Positions 39,082 to 47,473 of a stretch of DNA of 64,000 nucleotides are shown piece by piece. Both the position numbers and the translations under genes were made by a program. Below the pieces are notes generated by a model. That model worked only from the letters and a program-made list of their open reading frames with translations, was not told where the DNA came from and did not search any database. The DNA comes from Candidatus Multivoradales bacterium (GTDB taxonomy: Bacteria > Acidobacteriota > Thermoanaerobaculia > Multivoradales > J023). Position 1 is the stretch's first letter, and each line of letters starts with the position of its first letter. The stretch spans positions 5,024,001 to 5,088,000 of the forward strand of contig CBDFLE010000006.1 in the NCBI GenBank assembly GCA_965248925.1, in the 5' to 3' direction.

Positions 39082-39456
39082 ATGGCGGACCAAGAACTCA
39101 ATCCCCTCCTGGGCGCAGCTGATCGGCGAGAGTTGATGCGCCAAGCGAACCGCATGCGTGGCAAGTTGATCGATCTCGAACTGGTGCTCTCGGTCAACAA
39201 CCTGCAAGATGAACTGGCCAAGGTGCGCGAACAGGAAAAGAAATTGTCGGCTGAAATTCGCCAGCTGCGAATTCAGATCGCCTCAGACTGGCGCGCCGAC
39301 GCTAGCGAGCTATTGCCGCAGATCGCCGAGGCCAACAGTCAAATCCAGCGGGCGATCCGCGATCTCTCCAATAAGGCAGAGACCGCCTCGCGAATCGCTA
39401 AGGTGATTGGGCTGGTGGGCAAGACCGTGGGGTTGGTCGGCGGAATACTGGCCTGA
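39082..39456 (+). CDS. Small coiled-coil protein with Gly-rich hydrophobic C-terminus
   Basis: AAGGA RBS and heptad pattern; ends IAKVIGLVGKTVGLVGGILA. Confidence 0.8.
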   Translation: MADQELNPLLGAADRRELMRQANRMRGKLIDLELVLSVNNLQDELAKVREQEKKLSAEIRQLRIQIASDWRADASELLPQIAEANSQIQRAIRDLSNKAETASRIAKVIGLVGKTVGLVGGILA

Positions 39457-39569
39457 GGGGTGAGGGCTGAATGCCCGGCAGCCGCAAGGGTTTCTGCAAT
39501 CGAAAATAGCGCTCGGTGAGGTGGTGGCGATCGGTGGAAGCCGACCACCACGCAGGGTGGCAGCCGAGA

Positions 39570-39971
39570 TCAGAGCGGAACGCAGGACAAGCCGAGACGT
39601 CCTCGCTTGCAGATGCCGCTGTCGAGGCCGTCGTGGGCGGCGCAGGCCGGCTGAGCTTGTGAACAGCAAGTCCCCAGCCCGGAGTCGGGGCAGCTGTACA
39701 GCAGGCCGATGCCGTCGTTGCATTTGAAGGTACAAGTGATCCCCGGCGTCTTGAAGACTGCCGCTTCTGTGTCGGCCTCGACTCGGCTGTCGAGTCTGGA
39801 GCTGGCAGCCTCGGCGCTGCCTAGCCTCTCGCCCGCCGCCGCCGCCACGGGCTCCTTCACCACATTTTCCGGTGTACCTTCAGGTGTTGCAGCATTGGGC
39901 GCTGCCGTTGCCGCTAGCACTGCTGCGCAGGCGATGGCCGTGAGCATCGACGTTTTCCACCACTTTTTCAT
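39570..39971 (-). CDS. Secreted Cys-rich small protein (signal peptide, acidic Ala-rich linker, 8-Cys C-terminal domain)
   Basis: AAGGAGG RBS before ATG at 39971; C-terminus CTFKC..C..CC..C..C..C. Confidence 0.8.
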   Translation of the reverse strand: MKKWWKTSMLTAIACAAVLAATAAPNAATPEGTPENVVKEPVAAAAGERLGSAEAASSRLDSRVEADTEAAVFKTPGITCTFKCNDGIGLLYSCPDSGLGTCCSQAQPACAAHDGLDSGICKRGRLGLSCVPL

Positions 39972-40367
39972 CAACAAGCCTCCTTTTCGAGCGGTCTCGG
40001 GACAGCCGTCTGCCGACCCTCTGGACCGGTCTCAGAGATCTATGCGCCAACTAGCTGCGAAGTGGCTAATCTGATTTGGCTAATCTGATTTGGCTAGTCT
40101 GGTTTGACTAGTTTGGTTTGGCTAGTTTGGTTTGGCAGTGGAGCCGTCCACTTCGCTAGCCGCCCAGTCGACTGGCTTGGAAGGACGGAGACCGATGTCG
40201 AATGCTCTGCTCAGGTGGGTCTGGTAGCGAGCAGCGGTCGGGCTGGCGAACAGGCGAGAATAACCGCCGCCGCGAAACACCCGCAGCGGCTCCGGCCTGG
40301 CGGCGACGACATCCGCTGACACTATGCGCGATCCGTCGGTGGCGCGCAGCGGCAGCTCGAAGGAGCC
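39965..40367. repeat. Diverged direct repeat of 43771-44117 (3' end of kinase-FGE gene + intergenic region + RBS/start codon)
   Basis: Co-linear alignment with scattered substitutions and a local 14-bp tandem expansion. Confidence 0.92.
40063..40136. repeat. 14-bp tandem repeat TGGCTARTYTGRTT x5
   Basis: Five units here versus a single unit in the paralogous copy at 43869-43882. Confidence 0.9.
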
Positions 40368-40444
40368 ACTTCGGGAGCTGTACTGTCCGCGAGCCACGGG
40401 ACGAGGAGCAAGCTCGGTCTCGCGAAACACTCACTGAAGTCTGC

Positions 40445-40548
40445 TATACTGCTCTCTCTTCATGCTCCATTTGGTGGAGAGAGAGATGGTGGAGTGAGAG
40501 ATGGTGGAGTGAGAGATGGTGGAGTGAGAGATGGTGGAGTGAGAGATG
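40445..40548 (+). promoter_or_regulatory. Putative -10 box (TATACT) followed by 15-bp tandem repeat ATGGTGGAGTGAGAG, each unit with SD, start and stop
   Basis: ATGs at 40486, 40501, 40516 and 40531 each read ATG GTG GAG TGA. The fifth ATG at 40546 opens the C25 gene. Confidence 0.75.
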
Positions 40549-43500
40549 TTTGACATTCTTTGGCGGGTTTTGTACACGCGTTACTTTTGGCTGGCGATTC
40601 TGACCCTCGCCGCCCTCGGCAGTGCCGGGCGTAGCCTGGCGGAGACCATCACCTGGACCGGTGCGGCAACCAACAGCTTCGATATCTCTGCGAACCAGAC
40701 CCTCGCGACGGCCGAGAACCCCTGCAACGGCGAGACCGTGACCGCGACTTTCAGCGATCCCGATTCGGCTGCGTCCGGCGCTTTCCCAGGAGTGGCATTC
40801 GGTACCATCCCTTACATGGCGATGAACGCCGCGGCGCCCAACGAGACGGTTCAGCTCGACCTGCTATTCGGCGGTGGTCTGCCGGTCGAAAACCTCTCCT
40901 TCCTCATCTATGACGTCGACCGGTCCAACGACAGCGGCAGCTCCTGGAACGATGTACTGACCGTCACCGCCGCCTTTGGACCCACTGCCACCGCTGTAAG
41001 CCTCGCCTGCAATGATGGTGATGGAATCTGTTCCTTTACCATCACCGGCAGCGGCACCACCAATGCGATCGCCACCAGCGGAACCAACAACCCGGTGTTT
41101 ACCTCTGCCAACGGCCAGGTCGTCGTCACCATCCCGGGCCCCGTCGATAGTGTCTCGATCGAGAACTTGGCCGGTGGCCCCGGCACAAACTTCCAGGTCA
41201 TCGGATTCGGGGACCTCGACTTCGACTGCTCGACCGTGCCGGTGACGGTGGCGGCCTTCGAGAGTTCGCTCGATGCCAAAGCGTTGAGTGCAACCTGGAC
41301 CACCTCTTCGGAGACCTCGAACCTCGGCTTCGAGCTGTGGGGAGAAAGCGAGGGTGAGTGGCAAGCACTCGACATGCCAATCGTACCGAGTGCTGCCGTA
41401 GACTCGCTGGTTCCTCAGTCCTACCACACGCAGATTTCGGCTCTCCGCCTCGACCGCTTGATGCTGGCCGAGATCGACACTCGTGGCCGGCGCCGCATGC
41501 ACGGACCGTTCGAGTTGGGCAAGTCTTACGGTGGAGCGGTCACTAACCGAGCGATCGACTGGGATGCGATCCGCAGAGAGCTTGAGCGCGGATCTAAACG
41601 CGGCGTCGCTCGACCCGCCATCGACCCTGGCACCGAGCCGGCAGCCGCGGAGCTTCGGGTCGAAGAAACCGGTATTTACCGAGTGACCTACGAGCAGCTG
41701 GCATCTGTCGGCCTCGACTTGGCTGGCGTCGATCCGACCTCGATCGCCCTGACCGAACGCGGTCTTGGTGTACCGCGCCGGGTGATCACCGGCACGAGAG
41801 CCAGCTTCGGCCCTGGCGGAAGCGTCGAATTCTTGGGGCAAGCCCTCGACACCCTCTTTACAAGAACGAACGTCTACCGGTTGTCCGTCAATCGCAGCCG
41901 CGTTCTCGCCGCAACCGAACGCGAGGTCTCCCCCGGCGCCACTGCCGCTGAGGCGTACACCGAAACCCGTTGGATCGCGCCGCAGAACCAGTACAGCTTC
42001 GGCACCCCGAGCAGTGACCCGTGGTTCGCCGACCGTCTGCTGGCTTTCACCACGCCGGTCAGCCGTGACTACCCTCTCGCCGTCGACCACTTGACCGCGG
42101 GAAAGGCCGAGTTGGTGGTCGAGCTCTGGGGGGTGACCAACCTTGACGAGTTCGCTCCAGACCATCACGTCGAGATAGCACTCAACGGAACGGCACTCGG
42201 CGAGCTGATCTTCAATGGCTTGCAGTCGCAGCATCTCGCGGTCGAGATTCCAGATGGCCTGCTTTCCGAGGGCGACAACACCCTCACTCTTACCTTGCCC
42301 GCGGATACGGGAGCACCTTTCGACTTGGTGCACCTCGAAGGCTACGGTGCGACTTACCCGCGTCGCTTCATAGCGACCGGCGACCGTCTCTCGTTCACCG
42401 ACAACGCTATCGATTTCGCTGTTGATGGCCTCGGCTCGTCCAAGGTCGTAGCCTACTCTTGGGACGGCAATGTGCTGCATCATCTCGGTCCGATCAAGGT
42501 CGAGCCGACGGCGCTCGGCAACGCCGCCCGGTTCCGCGGAATCCGCAGCCGAGGACAGACCTACTGGGTCTCGACCGTCGAGTCACTCCAAGTGCCGTCG
42601 GTCTCGCTCGCTCAGCCGGCGGCGGCGGATCTTCTGAGTGGCGAGGCGGAATACCTTGTCATCAGTCACCCTAGCTTCATCGACGGCCTCGCCCCCCTGC
42701 TCGAAGCACGGCAGCGGGATGGCTACTCGGTCAAGGTGGTCGACGTCGAGGATCTCTATCGACAGTACACGGGCGGAGTTTTCGACCCCGAGGCCATCCG
42801 TTCCTATCTGAGGGAAGCGGCATCGCGCCTAGGCACGCGTATGGTGCTCTTGGTCGGGGGTGATTCCTACGACTATCTCGACCACCTCGCCCTGGGATCA
42901 GTGAGTTTTTTGCCCACGCTTTACGCGCGCGTTCACCCGGTGGTGAGCTTCGCCCCCGCCGACTCCCTGCTGGCGGACCTCGACGGCGACGGTCTTCAGG
43001 ATCTGGCTATCGGACGGCTTCCGGTCCGCACCGCGGCTGAGCTAGATCAGGTGATCAGCAAGACCCTTGCCTACGGCATGGCCGCCCCGGCGGCGGTGGT
43101 TGCCGCCGACAGGCACGATGGCCGCACTTCGTTTCGCACCGCCAGCGAGCAAATCGCCGACACCCTACCCAGCTATTTCGAGATCACGCGAGCCTACGTC
43201 GACGACCTCGGAGCGGTAGCGGCCCACGACACGCTGTTGGCCGCGCTGGAAGACGGCGTGCCCATCGTCAGCTACACCGGACACTCCGGCCCGGCGGCAT
43301 GGAGCTTTGATAACCTCCTCACCACGACCGACGCCGACGGACTCGGCAACTTCACCAGCCCGACCGCGGTATTCGCGTGGGGCTGCTGGAACGCCTATCA
43401 CTCCGTGCCGCAGTACGACACCCTGAGTCACCGTCTGCTGTTGGCACCGGCAGGTGCCGCCGCCTTGGTCGGAGCCGCCACTCTGACCAGTGCCGACTCC

Positions 43501-43680
43501 GACCGCGCCTTGGCGGTCGAAGTCTTCCGCCAGGCTTTCAGCGGCGACGAAGAAGCCGGTCTCGCCTTGGGCGAGGCTCTTGTCCGAGCCAAGCATGCGC
43601 TCGCCCAAGAAGGCCATGGCGACGACGTCTTGGTTGGAGTAACCCTGCTGGGAGATCCTGCACTCAGACTCGAGAATTGA
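40546..43680 (+). CDS. C25 (gingipain-like) cysteine peptidase, secreted
   Basis: Signal peptide; YLVISHP, VLLVGGD and DLAIGRLP motifs; dyad YTGHSG / WGCWN; ends LLGDPAL. Confidence 0.9.
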   Translation: MFDILWRVLYTRYFWLAILTLAALGSAGRSLAETITWTGAATNSFDISANQTLATAENPCNGETVTATFSDPDSAASGAFPGVAFGTIPYMAMNAAAPNETVQLDLLFGGGLPVENLSFLIYDVDRSNDSGSSWNDVLTVTAAFGPTATAVSLACNDGDGICSFTITGSGTTNAIATSGTNNPVFTSANGQVVVTIPGPVDSVSIENLAGGPGTNFQVIGFGDLDFDCSTVPVTVAAFESSLDAKALSATWTTSSETSNLGFELWGESEGEWQALDMPIVPSAAVDSLVPQSYHTQISALRLDRLMLAEIDTRGRRRMHGPFELGKSYGGAVTNRAIDWDAIRRELERGSKRGVARPAIDPGTEPAAAELRVEETGIYRVTYEQLASVGLDLAGVDPTSIALTERGLGVPRRVITGTRASFGPGGSVEFLGQALDTLFTRTNVYRLSVNRSRVLAATEREVSPGATAAEAYTETRWIAPQNQYSFGTPSSDPWFADRLLAFTTPVSRDYPLAVDHLTAGKAELVVELWGVTNLDEFAPDHHVEIALNGTALGELIFNGLQSQHLAVEIPDGLLSEGDNTLTLTLPADTGAPFDLVHLEGYGATYPRRFIATGDRLSFTDNAIDFAVDGLGSSKVVAYSWDGNVLHHLGPIKVEPTALGNAARFRGIRSRGQTYWVSTVESLQVPSVSLAQPAAADLLSGEAEYLVISHPSFIDGLAPLLEARQRDGYSVKVVDVEDLYRQYTGGVFDPEAIRSYLREAASRLGTRMVLLVGGDSYDYLDHLALGSVSFLPTLYARVHPVVSFAPADSLLADLDGDGLQDLAIGRLPVRTAAELDQVISKTLAYGMAAPAAVVAADRHDGRTSFRTASEQIADTLPSYFEITRAYVDDLGAVAAHDTLLAALEDGVPIVSYTGHSGPAAWSFDNLLTTTDADGLGNFTSPTAVFAWGCWNAYHSVPQYDTLSHRLLLAPAGAAALVGAATLTSADSDRALAVEVFRQAFSGDEEAGLALGEALVRAKHALAQEGHGDDVLVGVTLLGDPALRLEN

Positions 43681-43871
43681 TGCTGTAGCTCACCATTGCT
43701 AATATCGACGGTGAGTCTGCATGGCTGGATTGGGAAGGCCGCCAGCGGAACCTTCCCAATCTCTGAGTCGTTTTCATCAACAAACCTCCTTTTCGAGCGG
43801 TCTCGGGACAGCCGTCTGCCGACCCTCTGGACCGGTCTCAGAGATCTATGCGCCAACTAGTCGCGAAGTGG

Positions 43872-46625
43872 CTAGTCTGGTTTGGCAGTGGAGCCGTCCA
43901 ATTCGCTAACCGCCAACTCGACTGGCTTGGAAGGACGGAGGCCGATGTCGAATGCTTTGCTCAGGTGGATCTGGTAGCGAGCAGCGGTCCGGCTGGCGAA
44001 CAGGCGATCATAGCCGCCGCCGCGAAACACCCGCAGCGGCTCCGGCATGGCGGCGACGACATCCGCCGGCACTAAGCGCAATCCGTCGGTGGCGCGCAGC
44101 GGCAGCTCGAATGAGCCGAAGTCGCGACACCACTCCCAGACGTTGCCGACCGTGTCGTGCAGGCCGAATGGGTTGGCGCGGTAGCTGCCTACCGGCGCGG
44201 TGTGCTGGTAACCGTCGTCCCAGGGTGCGGCTCGGCTCTTCTCGATCCGGCCGGTGCGGTAGTAGCGCTGGTCGCCGATGTTGGCGGTGCCGCGGACGCT
44301 CTCAAACCGATCGCCTGCCCACCACACGCTGCTAGTGCCGGCGCGGGCCGCGTACTCCCACTGCGCTTCGGTGGGTAGGGTCAGACCGAGTCGCCGCATG
44401 GTCTTGTCGGCCGCCCACCAGTTGACCCTCTCGACCGGATGGCGCAGGTTGTGTAGCTGCCCATCGACCCACTCGCCGGCTGGCCGGGAACTGGGATTTT
44501 GGTGATTGATCCGCTGCCACTGCCCCTGGGTCATTTCGTATTTGGAGAGGAAGAAGGGATCGCCGAGGGTCACCCTGTGTATCGGCCCTTCGGAGCTGCG
44601 GGCCCAGGGGTCGAGATTGGCGCCGCTGATCTTGGCATCGTCACTTGGCGGTTGCTCCGCGCCCATGCGAAAAGTCCCCGCCGGGATCAGGACGAACACT
44701 AAGCTGGTGGTGATGCCGATCCGCAGCTGGCCATCGTTGCCGCGACCTGGAATTTCGCCAGTAGGCAGGTGGGCGAATTCCCACAGACCGCTGTGGGGAT
44801 CGCGGCCGACCGGCACCAAGCCTAGTTGAGGGGCGATTCTCAGGCCCTCGTAGGCGGGGCTGCGTTGCGGGTCGGCGATCGCCGTGATGGCCTCTTGCCA
44901 CAGCTCACCGGGTTCCTCCACGGTCTGCCGCCGGACGTTGCGGGCGACCGTCAGTCGTTGGCGCAGGCGCGCGATCTGACCGGCCTTGGGGTGGGTCAGC
45001 TGTTCGAGTTTCTCAACCAGCTCGGCGAGAAGCTGATGGCGGAACTCGGTTGCCACGTCGGCGAACACCTCGCGGCTGACCGGCCGGCCGGCAGAGTCGG
45101 CGTGCACCCGGCGGGTGGTCTCACCACCGTGCGAGCGCAGCTCTTTGAGCTGCTGCCGGTACTGGGGTAGGCGCTGTGCCAACTGGTTTGCATCGCCGGC
45201 TAGCCAGCGCTCCATGGCGTCGATCTTCTGCGGCTGGGCGGGCCAGATCTCGTCGGCTTCGCGGAGCACCCGAGCGAGCAGCTCGCGGTCCGAGAGCCGT
45301 AGCAGCTGATCGCTCTTCCCTTGACTCTCGAAGTAGAAGTGAGTGCTGACCACCAAGCCGAGGATCAAGGCTAGAAAGACCGCCGTGACGGCGCCGAAGA
45401 ACGCCCTATGACGTTGCACCAGGCGGCCCAGACGGTAGCTGAAGCTGGCGCCGCGGGCCAGCACCGCCTCGCCGCGCAGATGGCGGTCGAGGTCGGCGAG
45501 CAGCTCCGACACCGACGAGTAGCGCTGTTCGCGATCCTCCGCGAGGGTGGTTTGGACGATGGCATCGAGATCGCCGCGCAGGGCCAGAGTGAGTTGGCGC
45601 GGGCCGCTGCCGCGCTCGGCAGCGATCGCGGCGCGGCGGGTGCCGGCTCGAGCCAACCGTCCGCTGGGCGTCGGCGGCTCGCTGGCCGCCTGGGCCGAGC
45701 GTGCCGCGCTGCTGCCGGCTAGCCCGGCCGCTTCGCCATGGGGCAGTTCGCCGCACAGCAGCTCGAAGAGCACCACACCGAGGGAGTAGATATCAGAGCG
45801 GGTGTCGACCGAGGGATTCCAGGGATCGGCCTGTTCCGGGCTCATGTAGGCCGGCGTGCCCATCAGCGTGCCGAGGCAGGTGTGCAGGGTCTTGTCGGTC
45901 AGCGGTCGATCGAGGGCTTTGGCGATACCGAAGTCGATCACCTTTGGCTGCGGCTCTTGATCCTCCGGTACGAGGATGTTGGAAGGCTTCAGATCGCGGT
46001 GAATGATGCCTTTCTCATGGGCGTGCTGAACCGCTCGGCAGACTTTGGTCAACAGCCGTAATCGGGCTCGCAGGTCGAGGCGGTGGTAGTTGCAGTAGGT
46101 GGTGATCGGCAGCCCTTCGACGTACTCCATGGCGAAGTAAGGCCGCCCGCTGTCGCTGATTCCGGCGTCAAAGACAGCCGCGATCCCGGGGTGATTCATC
46201 ATCGCCAACGCCTGGCGTTCCTGCTCGAAGCGGGCGACGATCTCGCCGGTCTCCATCTCCGGCTTGAGCACTTTCAGTGCCACCCGACGTTCCACCGGCT
46301 GTTGTTGAGCCGCCAGATAGACCACCCCCATTCCACCCTCGCCGAGCTGGCTGATGATGCGGTACGGGCCGAGCCAGTCGGCAACGCTGAGTTGGGAGTG
46401 GGGTGCCACGCCGCGGGCGGGGTAGGGAACGCCGAGCTGATCGCCACCCGCGGGAACTTCGAGAAAGGTCTCGGCTGCCTTGAGATGAGCGAGCAGGGAC
46501 AGGGCTTCTTCCGCTAGCGCCTGATCGTCGCCGGCGGATTCGCGGACCGAGGCGCGGCGTCGTCGAGTGGTCGGATAGCGGATAGCGCGAGCGAAAATCT
46601 GCTCGACCGCGGGCCGCTGGGTCAC
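43872..46625 (-). CDS. Ser/Thr protein kinase with TM helix and C-terminal FGE-sulfatase (SUMF1) domain
   Basis: GEGGMGVV, HRDLKPSN, DFG and YMSPEQ; LPTEAQWEYAARAG and NPFGLHDTVGNVWEWC. GTG start overlaps the sigma stop. Confidence 0.93.
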   Translation of the reverse strand: MTQRPAVEQIFARAIRYPTTRRRRASVRESAGDDQALAEEALSLLAHLKAAETFLEVPAGGDQLGVPYPARGVAPHSQLSVADWLGPYRIISQLGEGGMGVVYLAAQQQPVERRVALKVLKPEMETGEIVARFEQERQALAMMNHPGIAAVFDAGISDSGRPYFAMEYVEGLPITTYCNYHRLDLRARLRLLTKVCRAVQHAHEKGIIHRDLKPSNILVPEDQEPQPKVIDFGIAKALDRPLTDKTLHTCLGTLMGTPAYMSPEQADPWNPSVDTRSDIYSLGVVLFELLCGELPHGEAAGLAGSSAARSAQAASEPPTPSGRLARAGTRRAAIAAERGSGPRQLTLALRGDLDAIVQTTLAEDREQRYSSVSELLADLDRHLRGEAVLARGASFSYRLGRLVQRHRAFFGAVTAVFLALILGLVVSTHFYFESQGKSDQLLRLSDRELLARVLREADEIWPAQPQKIDAMERWLAGDANQLAQRLPQYRQQLKELRSHGGETTRRVHADSAGRPVSREVFADVATEFRHQLLAELVEKLEQLTHPKAGQIARLRQRLTVARNVRRQTVEEPGELWQEAITAIADPQRSPAYEGLRIAPQLGLVPVGRDPHSGLWEFAHLPTGEIPGRGNDGQLRIGITTSLVFVLIPAGTFRMGAEQPPSDDAKISGANLDPWARSSEGPIHRVTLGDPFFLSKYEMTQGQWQRINHQNPSSRPAGEWVDGQLHNLRHPVERVNWWAADKTMRRLGLTLPTEAQWEYAARAGTSSVWWAGDRFESVRGTANIGDQRYYRTGRIEKSRAAPWDDGYQHTAPVGSYRANPFGLHDTVGNVWEWCRDFGSFELPLRATDGLRLVPADVVAAMPEPLRVFRGGGYDRLFASRTAARYQIHLSKAFDIGLRPSKPVELAVSELDGSTAKPD

Positions 46626-47203
46626 CGGCTGTGGCCTTTGGCAGAGATCTTTGGACGGTCCAGTCGTTGGTGCAGCCAGGCCTTGGCGTAGCTCCAGTCG
46701 AGTTTGACGGTCGCTGGCGATACCTCCAGGGCAGTGGCGGTTTCGGCGATCGACAAGCCGCCGAAATAGCGCAGCTTGACTACCAGGGCCTTGCGCGGCG
46801 CCAGTGCTTCGAGATCGGCCAATGCCTGGTCGAGAGCCAGCAGCTCGCTGTCTAGAGTGCTGCCGGCTGGTTCGGCCAGCTGGCTGAGAGACGCCGGTTG
46901 TTGACCGCCGCCGCGCTTGGCGCGGCCACGCCGGCGGGCAGACTCGATGAGGATGCGGCGCATCGCCTCGCCGCAGGCGGCGAAGAAGTGCCGCCGGTTC
47001 TGCCACGAGCTGCTGCCCCGCAGACGCAAGTAGGCCTCGTGGACCAGGGCGGTAGGTTGCAGGGTGATACGGCGCCTCTCGGCCGCCATCCGACCCCGGG
47101 CCATGCTGAGCAGCACAGCGTAGACTTTCGGCATCAGCCGTTGCCCGAGCTCTTCGGGATCGTCGCCGTAGCGCCGCAGGATGTCTGTGATGACGCCGCT
47201 CAT
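46622..47203 (-). CDS. ECF sigma factor, kinase-associated (ECF43/TIGR02999-like)
   Basis: TLQPTALVHEAYLRL, RRHFFAA..AMRRILI and LRYFGGLS..ETA motifs. Confidence 0.92.
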   Translation of the reverse strand: MSGVITDILRRYGDDPEELGQRLMPKVYAVLLSMARGRMAAERRRITLQPTALVHEAYLRLRGSSSWQNRRHFFAACGEAMRRILIESARRRGRAKRGGGQQPASLSQLAEPAGSTLDSELLALDQALADLEALAPRKALVVKLRYFGGLSIAETATALEVSPATVKLDWSYAKAWLHQRLDRPKISAKGHSR

Positions 47204-47348
47204 TTGCTCTCGGATCAAGAAAGGTCGATTTCGCCCAGAATTCTAGCAGCCGCCTCTGCCGCGTCAGGAATCCGGCGGCTGGGTCACGCCAGCCAGTGAA
47301 TTCAGCATCTTCCTCGTCCTGACAGCGCAATCGGGCTGGATCGTCAAT

Positions 47349-47402
47349 GTAATCGGGCTGGTGGGCAAGACCGTCGGGTTGGTGGGTGGACTGGTGGCCT
47401 GA
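47349..47402 (+). pseudogene. 3' remnant of a paralogue of 39082-39456
   Basis: VIGLVGKTVGLVGGLVA* versus VIGLVGKTVGLVGGILA*, with mostly synonymous differences. Confidence 0.75.
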
Positions 47403-47473
47403 CTGTGAAGCCCTCTCTCCTCTTGTTGCGGATCGTTGGAGGCCTCGCACTGCTCAGGTAGACATGCCGAAGA

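Noticed and set aside
40063-40548. CRISPR array
   Set aside because: The 14-bp and 15-bp units are directly tandem with no spacers, and there are no cas genes.
40864-42483. Long antisense ORFs (this one, and e.g. 29703-31094, 22288-23286, 63088-63906)
   Set aside because: Shadow frames of GC-rich genes on the opposite strand, with no motifs or RBS.
40122-44117. Diversity-generating retroelement TR/VR pair (duplicated 3' end of an FGE/C-type-lectin-fold gene)
   Set aside because: Mismatches between the copies involve all four bases rather than adenines on the coding strand, and no reverse transcriptase is present in the window.
46626-47450. N-terminal extension of the 1192-aa kinase ORF
   Set aside because: It overlaps the genuine ECF sigma gene in another frame; the kinase most likely starts at GTG 46625.
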